Assembly: GCA_051117555.1 (NCBI GenBank)
Contig: JBNPEG010000086.1
Location: 27,742-91,741 of the forward strand
Length of the DNA: 64,000 nt
Source: Elainellaceae cyanobacterium
GTDB taxonomy: Bacteria > Cyanobacteriota > Cyanobacteriia > CAZCXK01
Direction of reading: 5' to 3'
Shown: piece after piece, positions 21,511 to 33,257 of the stretch
How positions within the stretch are numbered: the stretch's first letter is position 1
Layout: the number at the start of each line of letters is the position of its first letter
The notes under the pieces: model-generated
Database searches by the model: none
What the model saw: only the letters and a program-made list of their open reading frames with translations
What the model was told of the DNA's origin: nothing
Made by a program: the position numbers and the translations under genes

Positions 21511-21595
21511 CATAGGGAACAGATGTCTTTGAGAAAAGGCAGGCAACACATTCCGGTACTATCAGAATAGTGATTGTTCGCTGTATTGTTTCAGT

Positions 21596-22162
21596 TTGAT
21601 AGCGTTTAGCATCATGTCTCGATTCTGTTTTGATTCCCTGAAACGGCTACGCCTGCGATATAGGGGCTTAAGCGTTAAACGGTATCGCTTATTGGCTCTA
21701 TGGATTATTTTAATTGGGGCGATCGCCACCAGTCTGGGATATGCCCCGACTGCTTATGCAGAAAACTACGACAAACAAAGTTTGATCGATGTCGATTTCT
21801 CAGGGCAGGACTTGACTGATTCTAGCTTCACCAAAGCAAACCTCCGCAGCAGTGATCTTAGCGAAACTAATCTAAGAGGCGTTAGTTTCTTTGGCGCTAA
21901 TCTTGAAGGTGCCACTTTATATGGATCTGACCTCAGTTATGCAACCCTGGATACGGCCCGGTTTGTGAATGCCAATCTGACGAATGCCATTCTTGAGGGA
22001 GCGTTTGCGTTCAATACCAAATTTGATGGCGCTACGATTGTGGGTGCAGATTTTACAGATGTGTTGCTGCGCCGAGACATGCAAGAAAAATTGTGTAAGG
22101 CCGCCCGAGGAACCAATCCAACCACGGAGCGAAGCACCCGAGACACGCTGGAATGTTGGTAA
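21596..22162 (+). CDS. Pentapeptide repeat protein (thylakoid-lumen type)
   Basis: Signal-like TM ending AYA, A(D/N)Lxx repeats, C-terminal LC..A.GTNPTT..TRDTLEC; start uncertain. Confidence 0.9.
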   Translation: MIAFSIMSRFCFDSLKRLRLRYRGLSVKRYRLLALWIILIGAIATSLGYAPTAYAENYDKQSLIDVDFSGQDLTDSSFTKANLRSSDLSETNLRGVSFFGANLEGATLYGSDLSYATLDTARFVNANLTNAILEGAFAFNTKFDGATIVGADFTDVLLRRDMQEKLCKAARGTNPTTERSTRDTLECW

Positions 22163-22182
22163 CATTCAGCAGTTATTCGGAG

Positions 22183-24177
22183 CTAAACCGATGATTGGGG
22201 TTTAGTTTCGGTAGAGTTGATCCAGTGATCTGGATCTGCCACTTGAAATAAATCTTCGAAGCTGATTGAGCGATGCTGATCAAGTTCGGCAATGCGATGT
22301 TTTTCGGCATAAATCTGTTGTTGGTAATATCGGCATAGGTCAGGCTCGGCTGAAATTTCGGTCTGAGTCCACAAGTTGCGAAAGTGACGGTATCGTTTCT
22401 CACACATGACTCGTTCTAAACAATCTGTTGCCGCTTGGATAACTAGGGAAGCTCGCAAAATATCTCGCTGTGTTTTTTCGTCGAGTTGAAAGAGATGAGC
22501 CACCGGATCGAGCAATGCTGAATCCTCGGCACAGCGATCGCGCAGTCGAGCGATCAAGTCTTTTTGGAGAATTCTAGGGGTGTCAGATGGCAAATTTGAA
22601 TGAGCGTCGAGTTCTTCGGCGGCAATGAGGTCTAAAATATGCCGCCAGATCGCTCGATGATGGGACAAGCTAAACTGCAAGTCGCGTTCGTCGATGGCTT
22701 TGACAACCTCGTCCCGATAGTCTGGAGCGTGCAAATAAATTCGCAGCAGCGTCGCTTCTGCCTGGTCTAAAAAATCAGTTGCCACCAGCAGCGATCGCGG
22801 CATTTCAGAACCATCAGGCGATCGCCGTCGCTTACGTCGCACCTGGGCGAGTAAATTATCAGCCAGGAGCGGCACCAGTCGAGCATCCCCTCGACTCAGC
22901 AATTCTGCACATCGACGAATGTAGTGCGTACGGGTGTTGGCATTGGCGATATCCCCTAGAAGACGCACTAACTCTTGGGTTACAGTATGAAACTGCTCAG
23001 CTTGATCGAGATCTCGGTGCTCAAATGCGGTGTCAATTTGCCAGTCAAGCCAAAGAGGAGCCTGATCGAGGAGAGCCTGATAGTCAGCAGAAGTATGGCT
23101 TTGGAGATAATCATCCGGGTCTTTGCCATCGGGAATATTGAGGACTCGGAGCTGAATCTCACCCCGGTATGCTAGGCGTGCGGCTTCCCCAATGGCCCGC
23201 TCTGCTGCTTTAGCCCCCGCCGCATCAGCATCAAAATTAAGAATGATTTGCTTAGATTCGGTATAGCGCAGTAGTTGCTTGATTTGAGCCAGACTCAGAG
23301 CAGTACCGAGCGATGCAACCACAGACTCAATACCTGCGGCATGGAGAGCGATCGCATCAAAATAGCCTTCAACCACAACCGCCCGATCATGTTGGGCGAT
23401 CGCCGTCTTGGCTTTGTTGAGCGCAAACAGAGTTTTGCCTTTGTCAAATAGCTCTGTCTCAGGCGAATTGAGATATTTGGGGTGAGTATCTCCCAGCGCT
23501 CTGCCACCAAACCCGATGACGCGCCCCTGCACATCCTGAATCGGAATCATGAGGCGATCGCGGAATCGGTCATAATAGCCGCGATCGCCCGATCGCGGCA
23601 CAATCAATCCCGCTTTTTCAACAAGTTCAACCGGGTATCGCTTTTGCTCGACAAGATAGCCATAGAGCGTTTGCCACCCCGCTGGAGCATAGCCGAGCTG
23701 AAACTGCTGAATCGTCACCTGGCTGAGCCGTCGGGAGGATAAATAGTCGAACGCAGCCTCTCCCTGGGGCTGATGGAGCGCATGTTCATAAAACCGAGCC
23801 GCTAATGCAACAATCTCGTAGAGCTGTTCTCGCAGGGAAAGCTGTCGCTGAAGTTCTTGTCGTTGAGAAGGCTCAAGCGTTTGCACAGACACGTGATATC
23901 GATTTGCCAAATCGAGTACAACATCTGCAAACGGGCGCTTTCCGAGCTCCATGAGAAACTTAATCGCATTCCCTCCTGCGCCGCAGCTAAAGCAGTAATA
24001 AAATTGCTTGCTTGGGCTAACGCTAAAACTCGGAGACTTGTCATCATGAAACGGACAGAGCCCAATAAAGTCTTTCCCCTGCTTACGCAGCACCACATGC
24101 TCAGACACCACATCTACAATGTCAGCCTTTTCTTTGACCTGCTCGATGGTATCGGGATGCAAACGGGGAATATCCAT
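22183..24177 (-). CDS. dnaG: DNA primase
   Basis: CPFHDD..CFSC zinc finger, DRFRDRLMIPI, KYLNSPET, TOPRIM EGYFD and FDADAAG. Confidence 0.98.
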   Translation of the reverse strand: MDIPRLHPDTIEQVKEKADIVDVVSEHVVLRKQGKDFIGLCPFHDDKSPSFSVSPSKQFYYCFSCGAGGNAIKFLMELGKRPFADVVLDLANRYHVSVQTLEPSQRQELQRQLSLREQLYEIVALAARFYEHALHQPQGEAAFDYLSSRRLSQVTIQQFQLGYAPAGWQTLYGYLVEQKRYPVELVEKAGLIVPRSGDRGYYDRFRDRLMIPIQDVQGRVIGFGGRALGDTHPKYLNSPETELFDKGKTLFALNKAKTAIAQHDRAVVVEGYFDAIALHAAGIESVVASLGTALSLAQIKQLLRYTESKQIILNFDADAAGAKAAERAIGEAARLAYRGEIQLRVLNIPDGKDPDDYLQSHTSADYQALLDQAPLWLDWQIDTAFEHRDLDQAEQFHTVTQELVRLLGDIANANTRTHYIRRCAELLSRGDARLVPLLADNLLAQVRRKRRRSPDGSEMPRSLLVATDFLDQAEATLLRIYLHAPDYRDEVVKAIDERDLQFSLSHHRAIWRHILDLIAAEELDAHSNLPSDTPRILQKDLIARLRDRCAEDSALLDPVAHLFQLDEKTQRDILRASLVIQAATDCLERVMCEKRYRHFRNLWTQTEISAEPDLCRYYQQQIYAEKHRIAELDQHRSISFEDLFQVADPDHWINSTETKPQSSV

Positions 24178-24385
24178 AGTCGCTTTGTATTACACAATCG
24201 TTAGAGTCATAGGAAGAATCTTTGGTAAAGTATACGCTCTATCTAGGAAAAGTAGAAAAGATTAAGAATAAAGGCATGAGGCGATTATGCTTGAACTTTG
24301 ACCCTCGATGACTCTATAACGGATTTTGACGCGAGAAAATAAGCGAACAGAACAGGATTCTGGCACACGAGGATTAACGAACAAA

Positions 24386-25774
24386 ATGGGAAGAATCTTT
24401 ATCTCGGCGGGACATGGCGGGCAAGAGAACGGAGTGCTTGATCCAGGCTCAGTAGCGGGCGGGACAACGGAAGCAGCGGAAATGATCGCACTCCGCGATT
24501 TGATTGTTCCAGAATTGCGATCGCGCGGGTTTGAGACGCTCTCAGTTCCAGATGGGTTAAGTCTAGTTCAATCAATCGACTGGATTAATGCTCGCAGCCG
24601 ACGCGGCGATATTGCTCTTGAACTGCATGCTGATTCATTCAACAATCGTGAGGTGCGAGGCGCGACCGTTTATTACATCACTCACAATGACGAACGTAAA
24701 AGCCATGCAGAACTGATGCTGCTCGCGCTGCTACGCCGTGTGCCTGAACTGCCCAGTCGAGGCGCCCAACCTGACACAACAACCAGCACTGGACGCCTTG
24801 TATTCTGTCGGTGGATTGTGATCCCGTCGTTACTCATGCAAGTTGGGTTTCTGACGAATCCTCAAGACCGAGACTTGCTGCAAAATCGTCGCAGAGACTT
24901 TGCAGTCGGTATCGCAGATGGGCTCGCTGCTTGGAGTCGAGCAGTTTCTGGCGGTTCCCCATCTCCCTCTCCAAGCCCAGCGCCAGTCCCCGCACCTGCG
25001 CCTCCCAGTCCGACATATCCTCCGATTAATATCAACATCAATGGCGGCTTTTATGGGGAGCCAGGCATCATCGTGAACGGCAATGCCTATATTCCGATCG
25101 ATTTGGCGGATCAATTAGGGATTGATCTGTCTCAAGCTCCCACTGTTCATCGCATTCGTTATCAGAATGTTGTATACATCAAAGCAATCGAGCTTCGAGA
25201 TTTTAATATTTCCGTAGCCTGGGATAATGCCAATCGAACCATTATTTTGCGATCGATTGTGTCTATTTGCCCGGGTGAGTTTGACCGTATCCTTGGACGC
25301 GGTAAAACGTCAGAAATGCAGCTCATCATGTTTCTCAAAGTCAATAATGAGGCAGGGCTCAATAAATTTCCTGATTTGCCTAAGCTATATCGAGAAGAAT
25401 CCACGATTGAAAGTATCAACTACGATATCGCATTCTGCCAGATGTGCGTTGAGACAGGGTTTCTTCAATTCAAGGGAGACGTTAAGCCCGAACAAAACAA
25501 CTTTGCAGGGTTAGGCGCTGTCGGTGGAGGCGCTGCCGGAGCAACGTTTCCCAGCGCTCGTATAGGGATTAGAGCCCAGATTCAACATCTCAAAGCCTAT
25601 GCCAGCACCGAACCGCTGGTACAGGAGCTCGTCGATCCTCGATTTCGATTTGTAACACGCGGAGTTGCCCCCCTTGTTGACCAACTGTCGGGGCGCTGGG
25701 CTGCTGACTTAAATTACGGCACTAAAATTCTCGCGATGTTGAAGCGGTTATATGAATTTACTGACTTAATGTGA
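24386..25774 (+). CDS. Amidase_3 plus glucosaminidase-like cell-wall protein (TftA-like)
   Basis: ISAGHGG, TEA, ELHAD amidase motifs; C-terminal FCQMCVETG..QNNFAGLG..QHLKAYA..WAAD.NYG. Confidence 0.85.
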   Translation: MGRIFISAGHGGQENGVLDPGSVAGGTTEAAEMIALRDLIVPELRSRGFETLSVPDGLSLVQSIDWINARSRRGDIALELHADSFNNREVRGATVYYITHNDERKSHAELMLLALLRRVPELPSRGAQPDTTTSTGRLVFCRWIVIPSLLMQVGFLTNPQDRDLLQNRRRDFAVGIADGLAAWSRAVSGGSPSPSPSPAPVPAPAPPSPTYPPINININGGFYGEPGIIVNGNAYIPIDLADQLGIDLSQAPTVHRIRYQNVVYIKAIELRDFNISVAWDNANRTIILRSIVSICPGEFDRILGRGKTSEMQLIMFLKVNNEAGLNKFPDLPKLYREESTIESINYDIAFCQMCVETGFLQFKGDVKPEQNNFAGLGAVGGGAAGATFPSARIGIRAQIQHLKAYASTEPLVQELVDPRFRFVTRGVAPLVDQLSGRWAADLNYGTKILAMLKRLYEFTDLM

Positions 25775-25847
25775 TCTGCCACTTCGCATGGCTCGTCAGG
25801 CACTTGCACGCTAGCTTCGGCTTTTTGGAATCCACCCATCAAAGCAG

Positions 25848-25957
25848 CTATTACAAGACGGCAGACGTTTCATCACCCAGTGTGAGCGTCTTGCTCACGT
25901 CACAGGCAAGATGCCCGCATTCCTCAGGGTTGGCTCAGTTCTGCCAAACCGTACTAG
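25848..25957. mobile_element. MITE-like dispersed repeat
   Basis: Imperfect TIR CTATTACAAGACGGCAGA / TCTGCCAAACCGTACTAG; core shared with 7356-7435. Confidence 0.6.
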
Positions 25958-26113
25958 CTTGCTTTGAATCAATCTCAGCAAGCTAGACGCTCGATTCAAA
26001 GTGCTCACTATGAAGCTTGAAACAAGCGATGTAAGCAGGGCAGAGAGCTGAGGAAAGGTATCCTGATACTCAAAATCACCATTTAACGATGATGCGCGAT
26101 CGCCCACCCGGCA

Positions 26114-26458
26114 TTACATGCCAGGTAAATTAAGACCACCTGTCAATTCTTCCATACGCTCCCGCATCGTCTGGGTAGACTTGTTATAAGCATCTTTCAT
26201 GGCTGCAGTGACCAGATCAGAGACGACATCAGCACCTTCACCTAGCACATCTGGAGAAATCTCAACGCTGCGAGGTTCTTGATTGCCACTGAGAACAACC
26301 TTGACCATCCCGCCTCCAGCTTGTCCCTCAATATTCATTTGCTCAAGTTCTTCCTGGAGCCTCTTAGCACCCTCTTGAACCTGCTGAGCCTTCTTAAACG
26401 CTTCGGTGAGCTCTTTCATCTTGCTTAAGCCGAAGCCGAACCCTTGTCCTTTTGACAT
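26114..26458 (-). CDS. ybaB: YbaB/EbfC nucleoid-associated protein
   Basis: [40 protein letters not shown]. Confidence 0.93.
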   Translation of the reverse strand: MSKGQGFGFGLSKMKELTEAFKKAQQVQEGAKRLQEELEQMNIEGQAGGGMVKVVLSGNQEPRSVEISPDVLGEGADVVSDLVTAAMKDAYNKSTQTMRERMEELTGGLNLPGM

Positions 26459-26644
26459 AATCGTTTAACGCAGCTAAATAAAGTATGAACTTAACACATT
26501 AAAGTTAGCACTGTTGCTGATTTATGTCTCACCCCGGAGACGGTTATTCGCAACTTACACTGATATGCCGCAGAAATGCAATGCCCCTTGAAATAGAGCC
26601 GCCAGAGGACGTGGTATCAGCCGAATCAGAGTGAGCCGCTCTCG

Positions 26645-27673
26645 CTAAAACTCTCCTAACAACTTTACTTCAGGGTATAGCCAGAGCGACCATTGACGCT
26701 CGACCTGATGCTGAACATGCTGAATCAGGTGAAAAATATCGCTTGCTGTCGCATTCCCTATATTCAAAATAAAATTGGCATGACGCTGTGCAACCTGCGC
26801 TCCTCCAATTTGATGCCCCTTCAACCCCGCCTGTTCGATGAGCCATCCGGCTGCGCGAGGACTCGGATTCCGAAACACGCTACCACAACTCGGAAGATGA
26901 TAGGGTTGCGTCGTGCGGCGGTGTTCTAGATGGGCTGATGTTTGAGCGAGCACTCGTTTTGGATCACTCGCTGGGTTAAGTTGAAAGGTCGCTTGCGTAA
27001 CGAGCCACGTCGCGCCTTGCAAATTCGAGGTGCGATAGGTATAGCCCAATTGATTGGTTGAGAGAGTATCTAGCGTGCCATTCGATGACAGCACGCAGGT
27101 ATCAACTAAAATATCTGCGATGCTAGCAGCGTGAGCACCTGCATTCATAACGACGGCGCCGCCAACGGTGCCAGGAATACCGACTGCCCATTCCAGCCCA
27201 CTCCAACCTCGCTCCGCTACTTGCCAAGCGAGACGAGCGATGGGTTCTCCCGCAGCGGCTGTGATTTGCCCGGCGTCTATATTAAAGATGGAGCTCCGTA
27301 GATATCGAGTACAGATGACTAGTCCAGGAATGCCGCGATCGCTCACGAGCAGGTTGGTTCCGGCACCTAACAAGGTTGTATTTACCCCCTGATGATTGGC
27401 CCACGCAAGACTTGCTTGCAAGTCAGTTAAGTTTCGAGGTGCGACATAAAGTTCTGCAGGTCCACCGACACGAAACGACGTAAGCTTAGCGAGCGGAACC
27501 TGGGGCTGAATTAAACATTGGCTGTCTGGAAGATGAATAGGAGTCACTTCACTCCCCAAGGGCTTATACGCACTGCGCGTTTTATTCAGCTCGGGAGTGT
27601 AAGAGTTTGCAATCACGGTATGAGAATTGGGCTCATCGCTGCGTATATTTGAGGATTCTTTCGAAAGCGCCAT
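26645..27673 (-). CDS. murB: UDP-N-acetylmuramate dehydrogenase
   Basis: TSFRVGGPA, LGAGTNLL, GIPGTVGGAVVMNAGA, SCGSVFRNP, HANFI. Confidence 0.97.
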   Translation of the reverse strand: MALSKESSNIRSDEPNSHTVIANSYTPELNKTRSAYKPLGSEVTPIHLPDSQCLIQPQVPLAKLTSFRVGGPAELYVAPRNLTDLQASLAWANHQGVNTTLLGAGTNLLVSDRGIPGLVICTRYLRSSIFNIDAGQITAAAGEPIARLAWQVAERGWSGLEWAVGIPGTVGGAVVMNAGAHAASIADILVDTCVLSSNGTLDTLSTNQLGYTYRTSNLQGATWLVTQATFQLNPASDPKRVLAQTSAHLEHRRTTQPYHLPSCGSVFRNPSPRAAGWLIEQAGLKGHQIGGAQVAQRHANFILNIGNATASDIFHLIQHVQHQVERQWSLWLYPEVKLLGEF

Positions 27674-27909
27674 AATCGTAACACACGGGAACACTGCTAA
27701 GGGTTTGAATGAAGCGCCTCAACTTCAAGAGACTGAGCGCAAATGATGGGAGATATTGCTAATAGACTGTGATGTCGGAATTATGCAAATGGCGGATGAG
27801 AAACAGCGACCGATATTAAGCAATACATTAAAGACACAAATGCCAAATAGACCTAACTATCAGGCACCTAATAATCGCACGGGTTAATTATCTCTAGGCA
27901 CATCAGCCA

Positions 27910-29454
27910 TTAGACAACCGCATGAATGTCACCTTCTTCTATTTTCTGATAGAAACTCATCAAGTCAGGAATAACCTGATTGAGGTTCCCTGCGCCCAAA
28001 AATAGAACAATATCCCCCGACATTAACGTGTCTTTCAAAAAGGATGACACGGAGGTCAATGTTGAGCGATAAAACACATTTGCATGATGGACGGCGATCG
28101 CATCTGCAACCTGTTGCCCTCTAACTCCACCGATTGATGACTCACCCGCGCTGTAAATGTCAGTTGTCACAACCAGGTTGGCGTTGCCAAACGATTGCCC
28201 AAATTCTTCTAGAAAAACGTGAGTTCGACTGTAGCGATGGGGCTGAAACACTGCAACCACACGTTTCGATTTCGTGCCGTCTCCATCCGCTTGCAGACGC
28301 GCTGCCGCAAGGGTTGCACGGATTTCGCTTGGATGATGCGCATAATCATCAACAAAGACGATATTGGCGTATTCACCCCGACGCTCAAATCGGCGACGAG
28401 CCCCCTCAAATAGAAGCAGCGCTGTTGCAATTTGATCGAATTGCAAGCCAACTGAACGGCCTACGGCTATAGCCGCCAGTGCATTGCTAAGATTATGCGT
28501 TCCTAACACCCTGAGCGTTAAGTCCCCTAAGTATTTACCTCGTTCCCAAATTTCAGCTGTTGTGCCGTTGGCACTATACCTAACTTGGTTAGCAATATAG
28601 TCAGCATGAGAATCGGGATTCAGACTATAGCTAATCTCAGGATGCAAATCTCTCTGAACAACGTCACAGTCAATGCATCCGATTAAGATTTGACACCGCT
28701 GAGCAAACGTTTTGAATGTCTCGATCACGTCGTCTAAGGTTGCATAATGATCGGGATGATCCAGCTCAATATTAGTAATGACACCAATCTGAGCCTCGAA
28801 TTTAACGAGTGATCCGTCCGATTCATCGGCTTCTGCGATCAGATGTGCGCCATGACCTAATCGTGCATTGCCTTCCCACGCTTTAACCTCACCCCCAACA
28901 ATAATAGTGGGATCAAGCCCTGCTTCAAACAGCAGGTATCCAACCATACTGCTGGTCGTAGTTTTTCCGTGGGTTCCGGCGATCGCAATGCTTTCATAAT
29001 CGCGCATCAACGCTGCCAGCAAATCTGAGCGATGGAGAATTGGACAGCCCAACTCTAAGGCAGCCCGATATTCAGAGTTTGCAGGATTGATCGCGGTTGA
29101 GCAGACGACCTGAGGTAGTTCTTCTTTTCGTAGAGTCGTTGATCTCTTACCAGCCGATTGAGGATCACAATCGGCTGCTGATGCAGGATGACTGCAATTA
29201 GAGTCAATTGGCAGCGTCTCAATCAAATGAGGCTGAACCTTTGCCTGAAAGAACTCTAAATTTGAAGCATCTTGGCTCAAAAAGATGTGAGCCCCTTCCT
29301 CTTGCAGTCGCTGCGTAATATGACTTAAGCAAATATCTGAGCCAGAAACTGGCAGATTACGCTTTGCTAAGATGTAGGCGAGAGCAGACATTCCAATTCC
29401 ACCGATCCCGATGAAGTGGAATGGTCTCCCGCTGAAATCCACAGAATTCAGCAT
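27910..29454 (-). CDS. murC: UDP-N-acetylmuramate--L-alanine ligase
   Basis: GIGGIGMS, GTHGKTTT, EADESDGS, DDYAHHP, FQPHRYSRT. Confidence 0.98.
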   Translation of the reverse strand: MLNSVDFSGRPFHFIGIGGIGMSALAYILAKRNLPVSGSDICLSHITQRLQEEGAHIFLSQDASNLEFFQAKVQPHLIETLPIDSNCSHPASAADCDPQSAGKRSTTLRKEELPQVVCSTAINPANSEYRAALELGCPILHRSDLLAALMRDYESIAIAGTHGKTTTSSMVGYLLFEAGLDPTIIVGGEVKAWEGNARLGHGAHLIAEADESDGSLVKFEAQIGVITNIELDHPDHYATLDDVIETFKTFAQRCQILIGCIDCDVVQRDLHPEISYSLNPDSHADYIANQVRYSANGTTAEIWERGKYLGDLTLRVLGTHNLSNALAAIAVGRSVGLQFDQIATALLLFEGARRRFERRGEYANIVFVDDYAHHPSEIRATLAAARLQADGDGTKSKRVVAVFQPHRYSRTHVFLEEFGQSFGNANLVVTTDIYSAGESSIGGVRGQQVADAIAVHHANVFYRSTLTSVSSFLKDTLMSGDIVLFLGAGNLNQVIPDLMSFYQKIEEGDIHAVV

Positions 29455-29783
29455 TCTAGCTCCTTACACACCACACCACACCCGTAACACGCGATATCAT
29501 AGCAAGAATTCTCTTTTGGTGATACTTGAAAGCAAACGAATTCGCTGACTATTACCATTTCTGCTTAACATTATTTGAGGTTAATCATTCTCAACGATGG
29601 GAGCTCGACTCGGTTAGCAGAGCAATATCGAAGAAAATGATAAAAGAGGCTCGGTGATTCTGACGATTTAGATAAGCTCCTCTATGAAGGTTTTACAGGG
29701 TAGGACTCTCAGCATTCCGGAATAAATCAATAATATTGATATCGGTACTGCGTATCAGCTGAGCCAATCACCGTAATTAGGCT

Positions 29784-30533
29784 GTGACTAAATTAGGAAT
29801 TTTAGGTGGCACGTTCAATCCAGTACATTGGGGGCATTTGCTGATTGCAGAAACTGCCCGCGATCAGTGCATGCTGGATCGGGTGATTTGGGTGCCCACC
29901 CACTATCCGCCATATAAGTCGCCCAATCGCCAGGTTGCGTTTACTCATCGGCTAGAAATGGTTAACCGGGCGATCGCCTCAAATCCAGGATTTTGTTCAT
30001 CTGCTGCTGAGCGTGACCATACCCACGCGTCGTTTGCCGCTGAAACGTGGGCTAAATTAAACTCACTCTATCCAAACTGTCATTGGTACTGGATTATTGG
30101 GCTCGATGCATTTCTATCGTTGCCTAAATGGCATCGGGTTAAGGAGTTCGCATCACACTGCCACTGGCTCGTCGCGCCCCGATTCCTGCCTGATCCGCTT
30201 CAATCATCTAGTTCCCAACTATCGAGTGAGGGCAGGAATGAGGATGGAGATTCCAACTGCTTGTCGAGCAATCATATCCATTATTCCGATTTCAATTCAT
30301 CTATTCGTGACATTTGCCGACAGATTGCTCAGGCACTCAGTCAGCAGTCCGTCGAGATTCAATGGCAAATCTTACATGCGCCACACCTTGAAATTTCGTC
30401 CACTCTAGTTCGCCAATATTGTGGCGATCGCCGCTCTATTCGCTATCTCGTGCCAGAGTCAGTTCGCCTCTATATCAACGACCATCAGCTTTATCAGAAT
30501 TTCTCTAAGCCCCCTTCACATGATCCCGAGTGA
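29784..30533 (+). CDS. nadD: Nicotinate-nucleotide adenylyltransferase
   Basis: GGTFNPVHWGH, WIIGLD, ISSTLVR. Confidence 0.93.
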   Translation: MTKLGILGGTFNPVHWGHLLIAETARDQCMLDRVIWVPTHYPPYKSPNRQVAFTHRLEMVNRAIASNPGFCSSAAERDHTHASFAAETWAKLNSLYPNCHWYWIIGLDAFLSLPKWHRVKEFASHCHWLVAPRFLPDPLQSSSSQLSSEGRNEDGDSNCLSSNHIHYSDFNSSIRDICRQIAQALSQQSVEIQWQILHAPHLEISSTLVRQYCGDRRSIRYLVPESVRLYINDHQLYQNFSKPPSHDPE

Positions 30534-30676
30534 CCCTCAATTTTTCTAAGTCGCTGAGAAAATTGAGTCAAATCCACAGACGAACGAGATCACCTACTTG
30601 AGAGGCAGGTGACTTAAGGTGATATGATCTGAACCATTACTGGAGGCTTTACGTAGAAAATAGAGGGCAAGACGCA

Positions 30677-31687
30677 GTGATTAGAGTAGCTATTAACGGT
30701 TTTGGTCGCATCGGTCGCAACTTTATGCGCTGCTGGCTCACTCGTGAAAACAGCCAGCTAGAGGTCGTCGCTGTCAATGACACCTCCGATCCGAAGACGA
30801 ACGCTCATCTATTAAAATATGACTCTATGTTGGGCAAGTTAGACGCAGACATTGGTGCTGACGATAACTCCCTGATTGTGAATGGAAAAACTATTAAATG
30901 TACATCGGATCGCAACCCTGCCAACTTGCCTTGGGGAACCTGGGACATTGATTTGATCATCGAATCGACCGGGGTCTTTAGGACGAAGGAGGGAGCATCG
31001 AAGCATCTTGACGCAGGTGCAAAAAAGGTGCTAATTACAGCTCCTGGAAAGGGAGAAGACGGCACGTTCGTCATGGGTGTTAACCACGATTCCTATGACC
31101 ATGATCGACATGTGGTCATCAGCAATGCGAGTTGTACTACTAACTGTCTTGCACCCATTGCAAAGGTCATCAACGACAACTTTGGCATCATCAAAGGAAC
31201 GATGACCACAACCCATAGCTATACTGGCGACCAACGGTTGTTGGATGCAAGCCATCGAGATTTGCGTCGAGCCCGCGCTGCTGCGCTCAACATTGTTCCT
31301 ACATCAACCGGAGCTGCCAAAGCCGTTGCTCTCGTTCTTCCAGAGTTGCAGGGCAAACTAAATGGAATTGCCCTCCGGGTGCCAACCCCGAATGTATCGG
31401 TTGTCGATTTGGTGGCTCAAGTTGAAAAAAAGACAATCGCCGAGCAAGTGAATGAGGTCTTCAAATCTGCGGCTGAAGGCCCAATGAAGGGAATCTTGGC
31501 CTACAGTGACCTAGAGCTTGTTTCATGCGACTACCGAGGACATGACGCATCATCAATCATTGATTCTAGTTTGACTCTGGTGATGGGGGGTGACATGGTC
31601 AAGGTCATCGGGTGGTACGACAACGAATGGGGATATAGCCAGCGAGTCGTTGATTTGGCCGAAGTTGTCGCTCAACGATGGCGCTAA
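30677..31687 (+). CDS. gap2: NAD(P)-dependent glyceraldehyde-3-phosphate dehydrogenase (Calvin-cycle type)
   Basis: [40 protein letters not shown]. Confidence 0.95.
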   Translation: MIRVAINGFGRIGRNFMRCWLTRENSQLEVVAVNDTSDPKTNAHLLKYDSMLGKLDADIGADDNSLIVNGKTIKCTSDRNPANLPWGTWDIDLIIESTGVFRTKEGASKHLDAGAKKVLITAPGKGEDGTFVMGVNHDSYDHDRHVVISNASCTTNCLAPIAKVINDNFGIIKGTMTTTHSYTGDQRLLDASHRDLRRARAAALNIVPTSTGAAKAVALVLPELQGKLNGIALRVPTPNVSVVDLVAQVEKKTIAEQVNEVFKSAAEGPMKGILAYSDLELVSCDYRGHDASSIIDSSLTLVMGGDMVKVIGWYDNEWGYSQRVVDLAEVVAQRWR

Positions 31688-31740
31688 CTTCGATGCGTTA
31701 CCTCGCTTAGATGTGAGCACGAATGATTCACTAGTTAATG

Positions 31741-31768
31741 GAGCAAGGATTCTCTTGCTCTTTTTTTG
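31741..31768 (+). terminator. Intrinsic terminator after gap2
   Basis: GAGCAAG-GATTCT-CTTGCTC followed by T run. Confidence 0.8.
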
Positions 31769-32139
31769 ATTTGGCACGCATGTCTTTCCTAAGCTGCTAG
31801 GACAAGTGATTAGAATCTGTATCGTGAGAGATAATGCTGTCGTGCTGAGATAGCAACTTTCTCACGGATAGATCCCCCCTTCACTTACTATTGCGCACGC
31901 AGAATTGCGGTGTATGTCTTGCTCTGACCGTGAGTGCTCTAAATGAGTGCCGTAAACGGGTCCATCGAGGCTTTGCAGGCCGCTCCGCGTAGCCCGCGGA
32001 TTACACATAATCACAATTAATAGTCATCCTGACTCTTAAAATAGAAGAAGTCATGTCTGCTCAAGCCGACTCCGGATAACATCGCAATTACCCTACGTTC
32101 AACTTGAACAGGGGCAAGCCAAGAACCACGCGACTCAAG

Positions 32140-32856
32140 CTATTCTGCCATCTCTTCTTGCATTTCATTAGGAGCTTCAAACTTATACCCCACTCCCCGA
32201 ACCGTTTGAATCAGGGCGGGCTGGGAGGTATCTGTTTCAATCTTTTTACGAATCTGCCCAATATGGACATCGACGACCCGCTGGTCTCCGACATATTCGT
32301 AATCCCAAACTTTTTGGATCAATTCTGCTCGACGCCAAACCCGCCCAGGATGGCTTGCCAGGAAATGGAGCAAATCAAATTCAAGTGCGGTTAATGGAAC
32401 AATGGCGTCATTGAGCGTCACCTCGCGCCGAACTGGGTCAATGACAAGCCGATTAAATGTTAAGCATTGTTGTTCGGCGGTCGTGACCGGGCGCTGCCGC
32501 TTTAAGATTGCGCCAACACGAACCTCCAACTCTCCCAAGCTAAAGGGTTTGGTTAAATAATCGTCTGCGCCTTGAGAAAAGCCTTTAATTTTATCAGCTT
32601 CATCCGTGCGACTTGTTAACATCAAGACAAAGACCCCAGTTCGCCGCTGCATCTCTTCACAAAGAGCGTAGCCCGTGGCGTCGGGTAAATTGACATCTAA
32701 GATGACTAAATCAGGGTTGAACTGCTCAAAGGTAGCTAATGCAGTTTTTCCGTCTTCGGCAGACTCCATCTGGTAATCATGCTTAGATAAAAACCGATGA
32801 ATCAGCGTTCGAATGGAAGGGTCGTCGTCAACTACAAGAATCTTGGCTGAGGCCAT
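32140..32856 (-). CDS. OmpR-family response regulator
   Basis: ILVVDDD, LDVNLP, GADDYLTKPF, VDVHIGQIRKK, TVRGVGY; start at ATG 32856. Confidence 0.95.
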   Translation of the reverse strand: MASAKILVVDDDPSIRTLIHRFLSKHDYQMESAEDGKTALATFEQFNPDLVILDVNLPDATGYALCEEMQRRTGVFVLMLTSRTDEADKIKGFSQGADDYLTKPFSLGELEVRVGAILKRQRPVTTAEQQCLTFNRLVIDPVRREVTLNDAIVPLTALEFDLLHFLASHPGRVWRRAELIQKVWDYEYVGDQRVVDVHIGQIRKKIETDTSQPALIQTVRGVGYKFEAPNEMQEEMAE

Positions 32857-33257
32857 GACCGTTACCTTACATTTGGGGAGTGAGTGGACATCAAAGTGAG
32901 TGGACATTAATTATGAGCTAAGAAAACTTGGATAAAGATTCAATGTGGAATATTTAACTTTGTTCCGATTCGCTTCAAAATGGACATGAGTTTCTGCAAC
33001 CCTGTTCGGATATTGAACCCATTATGATCCATTAATCGGTAATGAAAATAAAACTCATGCAGTTTAACCCGCTTTTCCTTTATACGGTAAACGTACCGCT
33101 AATGACCAACCTTACAGTCAGGTTAAAGATAAATGCTTATCCCATAGAAATGCCAACTGTGTTAAGACGTTCAAAAAAACTAGAATGTTCTCAGGTGGCC
33201 TATTTTCCAAATTAGTAATCATAATTGAGTAAGTTGGGGGTTTTTCGGAGATTGCAG

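Noticed and set aside
31861..31935. CTCACGG/CCGTGAG inverted repeat between gap2 and the response regulator
   Set aside because: Only a 7-bp stem with no further support for a structured RNA
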